Shown in pieces: positions 1 through 12,843 of a stretch of DNA of 64,000 nt. The notes beneath the pieces are model-generated. The model saw nothing but the letters and a program-made list of their open reading frames with translations, did no database searches and was not told where the DNA came from. Where the stretch lies: the NCBI GenBank assembly GCA_035221665.1, contig CM069159.1, positions 18,290,001 through 18,354,000 on the forward strand. The letters run 5' to 3'. Within the stretch, counting starts at the first letter, position 1; every line of letters starts with the position of its first letter. Position numbers and translations under genes: made by a program. The DNA is from Okamejei kenojei (Eukaryota).

Positions 1-2069
1 GAACATTCTGATTACTACATGCTCAATTTTGCATTGTGCATCAACAATACTGTTTGCCTAATGAGGAAACTGGATTGCTTTACCTTTCACATGGATTATA
101 TTTGCTCTGTGGATGATCCTTTTCTCCACTTGTACTGCAGAAGATCATGAAAATTAAATGGACAGAAGATCTACCACATTTAACGAATCCTATCCCATTG
201 TCCTGACATGAATTAGTATATTGTGCATCTGTTGGCACTGGAATAAATCTGTTTGCTTGTCTAGCATTTGTTATAAAATATGATAAACTTTTAACCAATA
301 AAATGTTTAAGCAAATGGACCCGTTTTCTTTAAATGGAATGTATTTAGAATCAAGTTCACAAATCATTTCTTTTCCAGAGAGGCTTTTAGGCAATATAGA
401 CAGACTAAGTGTATGGGAAAGGTTATGGGAAATGAGAAATAATACAGAAATAATGTGCAGTCTTCCATTTTGGTAGAATTAAGTGGAAATGCAGAGTATC
501 GCTTGAAATGGTGAGACATGATATTGGTGTTCAGGGAGATCAGAACAACTTTATTTATGACATCTGGAAATGTGTCCAGTCTCTGATAGTTAGAATATCC
601 TTGCATTGTGGGAGTGCAGCAAAGTTCACAAAATTGATTCCAGAAACGACAGTCTTTTCTTTGCAGAGAAACAAAACAGAATGGGTCTGTATTCTCATTG
701 ATGATGTCATTGAAATGTACAAAGTTTTCCAACTTTATTAGTCGGATATAGAGCTGATGATTCATATTTTTTGGGATTGCTCATTCATGCAAGAGGTGGG
801 AAGAAATGTCTCCACCCAAATCATAATCAATCTCTGAAGTTTTCTACTTCAGAGGGGTTTGGAGGTGTAGTCATCGTATATTCAAGCAGAATGGATAATT
901 ATTAAGGAAATTAAGGGATTTGGAATTGGGAGAAAATAGTGCTTATTGAAAGTTAGGCTTATTGAACAACAGCAGTATTAGAGGCCACATAACCAACCTT
1001 GCTACTTTTTTATGTTCTGTTTAAAGTTATAGATCAACATCTGTCTGTTGGGCATCTGTCACAAACTACATAAAATGCTTATTTGAGCAGGTTTGTCCAG
1101 AGCGATTTTTGCTATTTTTTCTGGATTTTATTTCCAAACACATAATAATCGAGACTAGTTTGTTGATTCTGGCCAAGTGTAAGATCTGGATGTTACAAAA
1201 TGTCTCATAAACACTTCTCAGCACAGGGAGAGAACGCAGAACTATTTAAAAAGTGATACATCAAATGGCTGGCAAGTTTCCGTCAACTGTTAAGTCAAAT
1301 CACTGCTCTAACTTACCAGCTGATTTGATTTACAGGAAGTTCCCGGCATGATGCTTTCACAGTGTGGGAAAACATTGCGAATGCCACAGGGAAATGCTGT
1401 TGAAACATCAACTGAAGACCAGCCGTCTTCAACAAATTTTAATTGTTAGCACATTTCGAAAACTGATTAGATCACATTATACTTTGTGGATGGATGCAAT
1501 TCCATCAGTTTGCAATTGCATCCAACCTGCCGCATTTATGTGAAATTTGAAAAACAAAAATTATTCTTGCTAAATCTGTTAATGATTGCAAATTTGAGGT
1601 TCCAATAGCATCTTTACGCTATTAACATTGTTGAAGCTTGCCGTTCACATGTATAATGGGACTGTTTGCAACACGGCTCAAATGTTAATCGCATTTCCTG
1701 TGATAGGGACTGAGACATATAATGGAGGCACATGCACAACAAATGTACTATTTAATTTAGAATACCCTCTCTTTTTATAAATGCAGAAAGATGTTTCTTC
1801 ATAATTTGCTCGTTCACAAATTTTCAGGCTGCATGGTTGAAAATATTTAGGTTAATTTACAAATATTGGTCCAGGAGCACGTTTTTAACATACTATTAAA
1901 ACAACGTCAACATTAATAAGATAAATAATACACTATTCCCATTCAGATGTGTGCTGCCTGCTATAGAAGATATGGAACAATTATACTCATCTTGTATATA
2001 TGTCTGAAGTAGATGTTTGTAGGTGAAAAGCATTGATTTATAACTTTTAACCATGTGGTCAACTTATTA

Positions 2070-2820
2070 AACCAAACATATGAATTATAAGCAAAAGTTG
2101 GTCACTCGATCCCTCAAACCTGTTCCATCATTTAATTTGATGACTGATTGTAACCTCTACATTCCCATTCACTTGTGATAATTTTTCAACACATTTTAAA
2201 ATTAAGAATCTATATACCTCCACCTTAAACATTTTCAAAACTCTAGTATCCACTGTGCTTTGGGGAAGAGTTCTAAAAATTCACAACTCTCTGAGAGGAA
2301 AAGAAGTTTCATCATTTTGCTGTCTTAAATGGGCAATACCTTATTTCTAAACAGTGGACCCCAGTTCTAGATTCTCCCTCAAGATGAACCATCTTTCCTG
2401 GAGCTATCCTGTTAAAATCCCTCAAGATTCTTTTTATATATGATTCAATTAAATCTTTTCTCATGGTTCTTAATGACAGCAGCTACGAGCTTACTTTGAC
2501 TAAGCTTTGCACATTCCAGGCATTCATCTGATAAACATTATCTGAACTGCTTCCAACGCATTCTTCCTTGGAAAGAGGCCAGCACTGGATGCAATACTCC
2601 AGGTGAGGTCTCACCAATGCATTGAAGCAAAGCTTCCCTATTCCTGAATTCAATTCCCTTCACAATAAATGATAACATCATGTTTGCTTTCATAATTACT
2701 TGCTTCATATGCATGATCACCTTTGAGAAATCATGCATGAGGACACTTAGGTCCCTCTGCACCTCAGAATTCTACATTTTCTCACCATTTAGATAATACA
2801 TTTTCCTGTCAAAATAGACA
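2070..2820 (-). mobile_element. CR1-type LINE fragment
   Basis: ORF 2538-2762(-) reads QRDLSVLMH..KANMMLSFIVKGIEFRNREALLQ, followed by a CR1-type 3' UTR. Confidence 0.8.
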
Positions 2821-3689
2821 GGTTTGTGTCACTGTGATTGCTGAGATCAACTGTTCAACGTATCCTGTTGAGTTTTATAGGAGTGTTGTATGTTGCACAT
2901 TGCAATATATGAGCCCGTATTAATGCATTAGCAGAGTTACCTGCCATAGTTTATATTAAACAAAATTACACTACCTTGCAAATATTATGTTCCTTGTGTG
3001 TTCCAGCATTTCCTGGAAAACAGATTAAGTTAAGATTTGTTTCCACAACTTATAGTTATCTTCATAACTCTTTTTTAATCATTCCATTTCTGTCCCTTAG
3101 TAAGAGACAGAGAGCCTTGTCTGTTATACTGAGGTCCTGACTCAGATCTGGACTCGTTAGATCATTAGTAATAATTAATTCATACTTTGGTTTCCACATT
3201 TCGACTTTGCAGAATGAGTACTGTTCACAGCAACATCTTTTAGAACAGTATGATTCTCTTTAGTCGATTAAAATAACAAATAATATTTTGATTCCTGAGC
3301 TTTTAACATTTAAAATTGATTTATCTTTTCAATTGGTAATGGCTTCCAAGATTTTTGTCATATTCATTATTCACGTATGCACTCAGCCAAACAGCAGCAT
3401 CACCAATGCCAAATCCAATATGACAGGACAATTGACTACGTACTTAGCATGTCAAAAACCACAGGTTCTGGAAGCAAATAAGACTGGGCATAAATAGGAC
3501 TAAAATGAAATTGTTAAGAAAGAAATCAAATAAAATAAAAACTGTCAAGGACAAATCCAATAAAGTAAGATATTTTTAATTAAATTAGATAGAAATGTTG
3601 CAAAATAACAAAATATTTGAGATGGAATGACATGTACATTTGATAGAACTGAACTAGTTCACCAGATGATTAAAAGGGTAACTCGGAAA

Positions 3690-4490
3690 TTCCCTATTTC
3701 CAATGAACGTGATACGAGATGTCGGTTAGAGTGGAAGTGGACGTTCCGGGTAACTAGGACGTTTTGGACTGTATGTCGGAGTTCCAGAAAGCAAATGCCT
3801 AACCTACACTTTGTGAAGGTGGTGTGAAGGTGACAGCATTACAAACCTCAAATACAATACACTGAGAAAAAGGTGTGGGCTTGGGATTGTAGGAAGGGAG
3901 GAAATGAGTATTAGAATTGGGAGCAAGAATAGACCATCTGGCATTTCGCTGCCGCTTTGCCATTCAGCAGTCGCAATCTTCTACCTCATGTCAATTTTCC
4001 TGCATTATCCCAATATCCCTAGATGGACAAATCTATTGATCTCTATTTAGAATTCTATCTTGATGACTAAACCTCCCCATCCTTCCAGAACTTAGAATTC
4101 CAAATAAATGCCTTCCCCCGAATGAAGATGTTTGTCCTCATCTTGGCCATAAATCACCTATTATATTTGCTGAGACTGTGACCTTTGGTTCTAGACTCCT
4201 CAGATCAGGGAAACACACGATTTTAACAAAATGAGCTCAATGCTGGCATAAGATGATACTGCAAAAATAGATCAGGGTAGTTGATGGAGAGGTGGATGAG
4301 TGGTGAATGGGAATATTGAGCATTGGACTAGCGGGTTGCAGGGGGAACAAAATTCTGAAATGGAAGGAAATAGAAAATGTATTCCATTCGGGGTGCTTGA
4401 ATCAGCAGAATTGTTGGCTTCTAAATGGAGTGTGACATCAAAAGGATATGTTATATTGAATAGAGTAGGGAAGGTTCTGCTATTAAAATA
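3690..4490 (-). mobile_element. Old, highly degenerate Penelope-like fragment interrupted by a CR1 piece
   Basis: The reverse strand resembles the PLE segments (N)LVYCI.C...TKRRLG..F.EH...V (about 3740-3870) and HIFPS.P.SAF...L...LV.SS (about 4300-4440). Confidence 0.45.
3905..4215 (-). mobile_element. CR1-type 3' fragment
   Basis: GGAGCAAGAATAGACCAT..AGAATTCCAAA..CTGTGACCTTTGGTTCTAGACTCC. Confidence 0.65.
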
Positions 4491-5597
4491 ATAACTTTTG
4501 ACAATTTTCACTGCACCCACTAGTACTTCAAGTAATTTAATAAGGATGTTTCCTCAGGCAAAGTCATCTGTAAAATACGGTGACTAACCCTCTATAGTCC
4601 AAAATGTTAAGAAAATCATAGTCACAGCAGTCTAGAATTGTTGTGCTTATTAATTAATGTTCTTGATTTTGTCACTAAATTTACATTTTGAGAAACAATG
4701 TTAATTAAATTATAGTTGGCATACAAAAATAATAACAAAGCTTGGAATAATATTTATTTTGTCCTATTTCACATATGACATGCCTACGATGCATTAAACA
4801 ATAACACAGGGTGTTAAAGATGCATTGTCCAGCTACATGCAGTTCAGATGACTTTCAGCTTGGAAGGTGTGTGTTTGAACTCTTACTCAATGGGAGCCAA
4901 TTAGTTAACTGTTAACAAATAGTTTGTTCAGCGATTTATAGAAAAGGCCAAATTTCATTTTCTGAAATTCGTTGATATGAAAGAAGAACATTTGCCATTT
5001 TAAGCTCAGATTTACATAAATTGATACACTGTTTAGTTTATTGAACGGTGCTCTGTTTAATCATGTCGAGAGCAAAAAACCATTTTATTTTATTCTGCTG
5101 CCGAGGCTGGGCATGCATTAATGTTTACCTATGTTTGAAATGCTACAAATTTAATACTGCTTCAGATCAATTATTTTTTGGCTCTTGCTTGCCGAATAAA
5201 ATTTGGAGTGTGAGAGCTATTGAAATGCCTCAGCCCTTAATTATTAGATTAATTGGCTCTTCTCAATTAGCCCCCTGTGCGGGTGACTGGTGGGAGAATT
5301 GGAGGGGTGGTGTTAATGGGAATATGTGAGAAAATAGGTTACAAAAAAATTAGTGGAGGAATGGGATTGTTTCTATAGCTTATTCAATAAACTAAATGGC
5401 CTCCTCAGCTGTGATAAAGGAAAAAAAATCAATCATGAAGGACTGACTTTCTCCCTTAATACTCATAAAATTTTGAAATAGAAGCATTAAATAAACACCA
5501 TATTTATCACCTATTGTAATGTAAAAGTAGATAATGCTTGACTTGCAATCACTTTTGCTATTGGACCATGCAGCCAATTTTCATAAACAGTAAAAAA

Positions 5598-6092
5598 AAA
5601 CACACACAAAGTGCTGGAGTAACAGTGGGTCAGTCAGCATCTTTGTAGAAGATAGTCTGGTGACGTTTAAGGTTCTTTAGACGCACTGTGTGGGGGGACG
5701 GGGGAGAGATAGCTAATAGAGAGGAGGGGCAGGCTAAAACCTGAAAGTGATTGGTGGATACAGGAGATGGGTTTTTTTGATAGGCAGATGGATGGTTGGA
5801 AAATGACCAGAGCTGAAGAGACAAAAAGTGTGAGTTAAGGATAAACAATGTATAAATTGTGAAGCCGTATAAAGGAATGTGGGTGGAAGTGGACAAGGAG
5901 AAAGGGAGAAATTAGTACAAATTCAGGTGGGGCACAGGGAAGGGTGGACGTGAAAGGGAAGGTGGGGGGGGGGGTGGAGGGGTGCAGGATTTGCTTGCAG
6001 ATTTGCTTCTTGAAATTGGAAAAAACAATGTTCATACCTTTCGGTTGTAGGTTACCCAAGCGGAATACGAGGTGATATTCCTCCATTTTAAG
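5598..6092 (-). mobile_element. Penelope-like element 3' end (GIY-YIG C-terminus plus terminal repeat)
   Basis: ORF 5835-6086(-) begins EEYHLVFRLGNLQPKGMNIVFSNFK. It is followed by a pyrimidine-rich UTR and a degenerate hammerhead-family repeat at about 5598-5682. Confidence 0.8.
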
Positions 6093-6457
6093 TCTGGTAT
6101 AAACAGTAATTTGGTTTCATAGTCAGAAAAAGTCCTTATTTTCCTTAATGTTCAACTCAATTCAGTGCCTCATTTTTTTTTTCGTGCAGCCTGAACGATA
6201 ACATCTTTGACACTAAATATTTTACTCCCTCAAATTGCACAGAAATATCACCCAAGATTGTATGTTCATGTGCACTCTAGAAGATGAGCCTATGCTCACC
6301 TGCGTTAGAAAGAATTGCCTCACAAGTAACAGTTAATTATGGTATTTGTAATTTGACAAATGGTCTTAATATGCTATTGCTTTTGTTTTGTAAAATATGT
6401 TAGAGACAGTCTGAAATGTTGTGTCAGGATTTATATCTTACACTCATTATCTACCTT

Positions 6458-6633
6458 AGAGAGAAGGAATGGGTGATGTTTCGGGTCGATACCTTCTTCT
6501 GTCTGAAGAAGGGGTTCGACCTGAAACGTCACCCATTCCTTCTCTCCAGAGATGCTGCCTGTCCTGCTGAGTTACTCCAGCATTTTGTGTCTATCTTTGG
6601 TGTAAACCAGCCCCTGCAGTTCCTTCCTAGACA
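6458..6633. mobile_element. Hammerhead-family PLE-derived short element, inverted pair
   Basis: Minus-strand arm at about 6458-6499 abuts a plus-strand copy CTGAAGAAGGGGTTCGACCTGAAACGTCACCCATTCC... Confidence 0.8.
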
Positions 6634-6698
6634 TTTCTACCTTTAGATATCACAATATTAAAATTACAGGAAAAATGTAAAATGGTCATCTATAGATT

Positions 6699-6970
6699 GG
6701 GGTGGCAGTGTGGCACTGCAGTAAGGCTGCTGCCTCACAGCGCCAGAGACTCTGGTTCGATCCTGACCATGGGTGCTCTCCGTGCGGAGTTTATGTTAGC
6801 TCTGTGATTGCTTGAGTTTGCTCCAGGTGCTCTGGTTTTCTAACACCACATACCAAAGACATGCAAGCTTGTAGGTGAACCGGCTTCTGTAAATTGCCCT
6901 TTGGGTGTAGGACATATAACTAATGTACGGGTGATCGATGATCAGCCTGGACTCGGTGGGCTTGGAAGGT
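6699..6970 (+). mobile_element. tRNA-derived V-SINE (HE1-like)
   Basis: A-box-like GTGGCAC..GTAAG, B-box GGTTCGATCC, central V-domain GGAGTTT..CCAAAGACATGC..GTAAATTGCCC. Confidence 0.8.
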
Positions 6971-9099
6971 GAATAGGGCAGCAACGAGGCACCCCAGTAA
7001 CAAACTTATATCTCCAGGTGTTGCAGCTTTGTTTTAAGCTACAATTGTTCTACTTGGATTTTCTTTCCCTCAAGCTGTGGCAGGACAACAACTGCAGGTT
7101 AGGATGAGCAGACCATCAAAGCCCATCAATTGGCAGGTGATGGGCAGATAGGGAAAAGGAGACCAGCCATTCTCTTGTGTGGGATCATGGAAAGACCAGT
7201 GCTTGGCAGTGGGTGTAATAGATTTGGGAATGGAGTGCAACTGTTTGGCGTTGGGGGGGGAGAGTGGGACCTGACTTGACAATATTGTGTGGGAGGGAAG
7301 AATTACAGGGTCAGGACTAGGTCTCATAGGATGGTGTCATTATTGAAGACCAGGCTAGCGATCACGTAAAGGGTGTTCCAGTTGAGCAGTTTATTTCACC
7401 AACAGGTATCACGTTAGATGTGGTGGAGTAGCCAAGGCCAAGACAAAATTTGACTCCAAAATGTAGGTCACATGGGGAAATAATCCATTGTGGAGTAATA
7501 ATGATTAAGGGTAATAAGGGTAACTGATGCAGGGAAAATGTCCAGACAGATTTTCTGAGTGGCATGAATCAACTGGAAATGGTTGTAATAGCGTTTCAAT
7601 TGCATAATACTGGAAGGAAATGATGTTATGTAATTATTTCTAGGGATATATATTTTATTTACTGTGCCATTAAAACCCTTTGTAAAATAGCTAGAAAGTT
7701 GTAAAATTAAACGATGAAATCAGATTTAATCTGTTACGTTTTGGAAACAAATGTACAACAATTAAGTAAAGACCCACAGATCTTTATCCTGACCGCATTC
7801 ACAGATTTTGAGATTAATTTTAGAATGGCCAAATTAAATTCAAATAAAAAATCCATTCAGATCCTTACTCAGATCTCTAAATATTCCTGGGCTTTCAGAG
7901 TGAAGTGAGACATTCTGTGCACATGGTACATGTGTTCAGATTTATCAGACTTAAAAGTTCCCTTCTGCAAAATAATTGATAATGTGTGGAAATGTGGAGA
8001 CCAGTTGCCCTCTGTACGCCATAGTAAGTGTTTATTTTGTCCCTTCTTTCAAAGTTAGTGACTGCAGTAGTTCAGTTTGCTGTCTGCGGTTGAATTAATC
8101 CCTTGGTCAAAAGGCCCCCTTAAAATTCCACCCTACATATCACATTACACTTTCTCCTCTCGTCAGTGGGCCTCCGTACACGTATATCATTCAGATAATT
8201 TGTGAAAAATGTGTCAATGTAGCTACATTATTAATTTGGTAGGTTATGACCAATTGCACCAACTTAACCATTGTAAAACCCCTTTGAGTTGAGTTTCTTC
8301 CAATGAGGCTTGCGTAAACTTTAAATTCTCCGTCCTAATTCTGTAGCCTTGTTCCTCCCACAGTGAGGCCTCTATCAACAATTTGGCAGTTTAGCCCAAG
8401 GCTTCACTGAACAAAATTGTCAAATTAGGCTAATTTTATCCTATGGACAAGTGTCCACTGGGAATTGATGTAGCTTTCTCCAACTCATTTCACTGAGGAC
8501 CATTAAATGCTTTCAGACGGAAAATAACCATATGGTTTTGAAAGAAACCCTCCCACTATTTTTTATGGCTTTAGCTTTAAATGTGCAGTCAAAAGCAGCA
8601 CGCTTATAGCCATTGCCTTGACGTGCAGTTTCATCATTCGATATCCCCTTCCAGTCTCCAGAGATAGTTGGCTTGACTTCCTCCTTTAAATATTCCTCAA
8701 TTGATTAATTATTGCTACGATTCACTGACGTGCATTCTGAAGATTCTAATTTCTGTCTTTTCGACCAATTTCACTGTTGGAATGACATTGTTCGGGACAT
8801 TCTGCTTTCAGCAGGATTTTGCAATGTATACAGCAGCAAGACATGCTGTAAAAATACCCCTCTCCTGGGAGATGTGCAGTATAAGCAATATTCTGAGCTC
8901 CATTTCACAGCATTGTGTTGTCCCATATGTAATCTTAGAAAGCATTTTCACAAATAGCAATGTAGCATTTTCTCCCTGTGTTTTAATTTTTCCATTTCAC
9001 AAAACGATACCTTCTCTTTGGTAAACCTGTACACGGTACCCTAGATGTGCTTTCACCAAATTCCACCCAAAAAAAACAACCAACATAAGACTTGCTGGA

Positions 9100-9305
9100 G
9101 ATAGATACAAAAGGTTGGAGTAACTCAGCGGGTCAGACAGCATCTCTGGAGAAAATAAATTATTGACATTTCGAGTCTGAAGAACGGTCTCGACCCGAAA
9201 TGTCACCTATTCCATTCCTCCAGTGATGCTGTCTGACCCGCTGAGTTACTCCGGCCTTTTGTGTCTGTCTTCAGTTTAAAACAGCATCTGCAGTTCCTTC
9301 CTACA
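9100..9305. mobile_element. Hammerhead-family PLE-derived short element, inverted pair
   Basis: Minus arm at about 9100-9174, plus copy from about 9175 CTGAAGAACGGTCTCGACCCGAAATGTC. Confidence 0.8.
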
Positions 9306-10149
9306 ATAAAGACATGCTGGCCTAGTTTCTTGCAGTGTCTGCGTGATAATATCTGGTCTTTATATAGTCTTCTCTTCTTTTCGAGTCCATCTTGTTACAA
9401 ATGTTGGCCTCGCTGTCAACATCCGTCCTGAAAAGGACGCAAGGTTTCGGCGACAATCAGTGGGAAGCCATCACTTGCCGCAATAGACGATGGTGGTCGC
9501 AGAATTAGCTCAGGGTACTTCTAGTTTCCGGCCCCGCGACGTGGATGCTTCTGCTATGGGGCCCTTCACATAGTCAGACACCAAAACCCTTCTGCAAATT
9601 CCTGTGTCAGGCCTCTGGTTGCTACCTGTCAACCCATCAGTGAACTGAGAGAGAATGTTACATGAGGGTTCTGCTCAAGTCCTTGTCTATCAGGTTCATA
9701 CATTATACAGCCAGGTTCAGAAGTCTTAATTAGTTCTGAAACAAAAGGACTCAAAACTCATTACAAAAGAATAGTTACGTTGACATGTAGATGATTATTA
9801 TTTGGATAAATACAGAAGCCCATTGTAATGGAAGATCTCTCAATGCGATTAGAGGTGGCCAAAGTTAAAGAAGCATCACAACTGTTCGGAAGGTTATCAT
9901 GCTTAAGTAGACATGCTGCAAAATGGAGGGTAGTCACAGATTATGTTACACAATGGAGAACTAACTTGGTATCATGGGACTTGATCTCATTTTATTTCTG
10001 GTGCTTCATGGATAAAAACTGATTAGCCTGTCCCCACCGTAACAGTACTGAGACATTACGAACTTGATGCGCAAGGTCATAGGATAGAAGGTTTGCATCA
10101 GGCAGTGAGTGACCTGTCCGTGATATAGAAGCATCCTCTGTATTTGTTC

Positions 10150-10660
10150 TGTGACATATGTGCACAGTTCATTGAAAATGGCAGAGGAGATGATGAAAGT
10201 GGTTAGAAAAAGCAAATGGGACTTTGAGCTTCATAAATACAGTCATAGACTACAAATGCTAGGTCATGCTGATCTGAAAAAAACACTAGTTTAGGTACAA
10301 CTGGAGGACTGTTTCCACCTCTCGGTGCCACACTTTTGCAAATATATAAAAAGCTTTGTAGATGGACAGACAAAACTCACCGAAATGATTCCAGTGATGA
10401 AAGTCTTTAATCATGTGGACTGACTGGAGAAGCTTAGGGTGCTCTCCTTGGAACAGAAAGGGAAGTAACGAGATTTGATAAAGATATTTCAAATCATGCA
10501 GGACCTACACTGAAATAAATTGTTCCCATGGTGATAGAAATAAATAGTTTTGAGAGGCAGGTGGATCAAGAATCGGGCCTTGTAAGAACAGAATAAAAAT
10601 GATTGTCAAAAGAACCATAGGTGACAAGAGGAAAAATAAATACACAGTGTGTGCCATGGA
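10150..10660 (+). mobile_element. CR1-type LINE fragment
   Basis: AAAGCAAATGGG..GTTTAGGTACAACTGGAG..CTGGAGAAGCTTAGGGTGCTCTCCTTGGA, a degenerate ORF2 C-terminus. Confidence 0.65.
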
Positions 10661-10664
10661 GATA

Positions 10665-10752
10665 GGTCTCGACCCAAAATGTCACCCATTCCTTCTATGC
10701 ATAGCTGCCTGTCCTGCTGAGTTACTCCAGAATTTTGTGTCTATCTTCGATG
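10665..10752 (+). mobile_element. Hammerhead-family short element (5'-truncated)
   Basis: GGTCTCGACCCAAAATGTCACCCATTCC..CTGAGTTACTCCAG..TTTTGTGTCTATCTT. Confidence 0.75.
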
Positions 10753-10775
10753 TACAAGTTACCCCGTGGGCCTAA

Positions 10776-11086
10776 AGGGTCTGTCCCACTGTACGAGGTA
10801 ATTCAAGAGTTCTCCCGAGTTTTTTCCCCTGATTCGAACTCGGGAGAATTACGGTAATAGCCGCTCGTAGGTACTCGGGGCTCTCATGGACATTTTTCAA
10901 CATGTTGAAAAAACTTCACGAGCTTACCGCGTTTCCCGTGTACCTGCCTTTAGCGTTACGAGCCGCTAAGAGATGTCCCGACCTCCGACGTACCCGCTGC
11001 GTACGTTCTACGTACCTACCACGAGTTTGATTTCGTTTTAAACTCGGGAGAGCTCTTGGGTAAACTCGTATAGTGGGACAGGCCCT
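10776..11086. mobile_element. PIF/Harbinger-type MITE
   Basis: TIRs AGGGTCTGTCCCACTGTACGAG / CTCGTATAGTGGGACAGGCCCT, flanked by TAA and TTA, with a CpG-rich interior. Confidence 0.82.
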
Positions 11087-11245
11087 TTACTTTGCTGCCA
11101 GCTTGCCAGAGCCCTACAAATTATTTTCTTTCAGATTTCTCTTCAGCTCCATTGTGCATGTTGTGGTTGATTCTTTCTCCAGAAGCTGTGCACAAGCTGT
11201 GGATTTCTTTATCCTCGTGTCACCAATGGTTCTTTTCCCAGTCAT

Positions 11246-11343
11246 AACATCACCCATTCCTTCTATCCAGAGATGTTGCCGGTCCCGCTGAGTTACTCCA
11301 ACATTTTGTGTCTATCTTCAGCATCTGCAGTTCCTTCCTACAC
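11246..11343 (+). mobile_element. Hammerhead-family short element (5'-truncated)
   Basis: CACCCATTCCTTCTATCCAGAGATG..CTGAGTTACTCC..CAGCATCTGCAGTTCCTTCCTACAC. Confidence 0.75.
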
Positions 11344-11880
11344 ATACTTATACATCTAGCTGGTTTGGACCAGACAACCTGAATGGCCTTTTTCCATGCC
11401 ATTATTTTGTGATATTTATCTATCCACAATGGAACTGGGTTTGATGCGACATCAAACCATCCAGCTCTGAGAATGCCTACTTGCCTTACAATATATTGGG
11501 GCATCAGACTAAATTAATACCAATCCATTTTTCAGAATGTGCAAAATCGAACAAAAAATCCCACAGAATGTGCAAAATCTCACAGAAACATCAATCCATG
11601 GTTTGAACTTCAAATTAAGGTTCTGCTCAATTCATAGTCTATCAAAACAAAGCTTGATTGCTTTCCTACATTGTACAATAGAATTCAAATGCCTTAGTAC
11701 CTATAAAGAAACAGGGCTCAAAACTAGTCACAAAGGAATACCGACATTGAAATGGAGACTATTATGATTTGGGTAATACAGAAGTCATTGCAATGCAAGA
11801 TCTCACAACACACTTTGTGACAATGCCTCCTCCCTCATGTGCCACTCTGTTAATGGTAGACAGTCCAGGAGGAGTTTAAG

Positions 11881-11901
11881 ACCAGCACTGTGGACAGCGC
11901 C
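11881..11901 (+). promoter_or_regulatory. Candidate RE1/NRSE (REST binding) site
   Basis: ACCAGCACTGTGGACAGCGCC versus canonical TTCAGCACCACGGACAGCGCC: 16 of 21 identical, with a perfect right half-site and canonical spacing. Confidence 0.5.
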
Positions 11902-12047
11902 TGACTGCAGGAAAACACTGGGTCCCTGGACAGAGTTGCAGAGAGTGCTGAGGCCACAACCAGAGGAGCAACGTCTACAGCCAATCAGCTGCTATTGGAT
12001 TGGCCCATCTGCACCCCAGCTCATTAAAGACCAAGGCAGTTTCAGCT

Positions 12048-12153
12048 GGGAGAGAAGATGGAAGAGGAAGTAAGGAAGAGGGAGGAAGGAAGGAAGGAAG
12101 AGGAAGGGAGGAAGGGACAGGAAGAGGAAAGAGGAAGGAAGAGGAAGGAACAA
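12048..12153 (+). repeat. Polypurine (GGAA/GAGGAA) low-complexity tract
   Basis: About 105 bp consisting almost entirely of A and G. Confidence 0.85.
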
Positions 12154-12715
12154 GTGGTAGGGTGCCTCCCATCTCAGTGTTTTATTTTTCAGGCTTGGAG
12201 GAAGGCTGAGCTCTGGAACAATCCCTAGACTGCCAGTACCTCCTCACCTGGCCGCAGATGATGTGGCCTGTGCCCCCCCCCCCCCCCCCCCACATGGAGT
12301 GTAAAGAGTGAGCATAAGACAAGTGCAAGACCGTGGGTGCTGCCTCCTCGAGGCCCAGACTGAACTGCCAGGACAAACCCAAGACAGCCAGCACCTCCTC
12401 CTCGAGGCCAAGACTGAGCTGCCAGGAGAAGCCTGAGGTCGCTCACACCTGCTCTTGAGGCAAGGCTGAGCTGCTGGGACAAGCCCAACATCACCAGCGC
12501 TTCCTCACTTACCCACAGATGACAAGTTACTGCGCTCCCATGTGGACCCAGACCTACTCCTCCCAATCATCATTCACTATAAATAAACCATATCACGCGA
12601 GCTCACTCTACTGCGAGTGTCGGTGTAGTCATTGACGATGTGCTCTGTCCTTGATGCCACAACTGTTAGAGGTGAACAAAGTGAGAGCAGCATCACAACT
12701 GTTTGAAAAGTAGTC

Positions 12716-12843
12716 GTTAGAAAAATAGGTGCAGGAGGAGGCCATTCGGCCCTTTGAGTCAGCAGCGCCATTCATTGTGATCATGGTTGATCGTCCGCTA
12801 TCAAAAACCCATGCCTGCCTTCTCCCCATATCCCTTGACTCCA
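12716..12843 (-). mobile_element. CR1/HER1 3' tail
   Basis: ATAGGTGCAGGAGGAGGCCATTCGGCCC..TTCTCCCCATATCCCTTGACT. Confidence 0.75.

Noticed and set aside
80-765. 104-aa and 133-aa ORFs at the window start
   Set aside because: They have no recognisable domain or splice structure. The + strand looks like very decayed LINE sequence, too degenerate to delimit.
7060-7565. GC-richer block possibly derived from a LINE
   Set aside because: No convincing RT or endonuclease motif could be read, so it is left unannotated.
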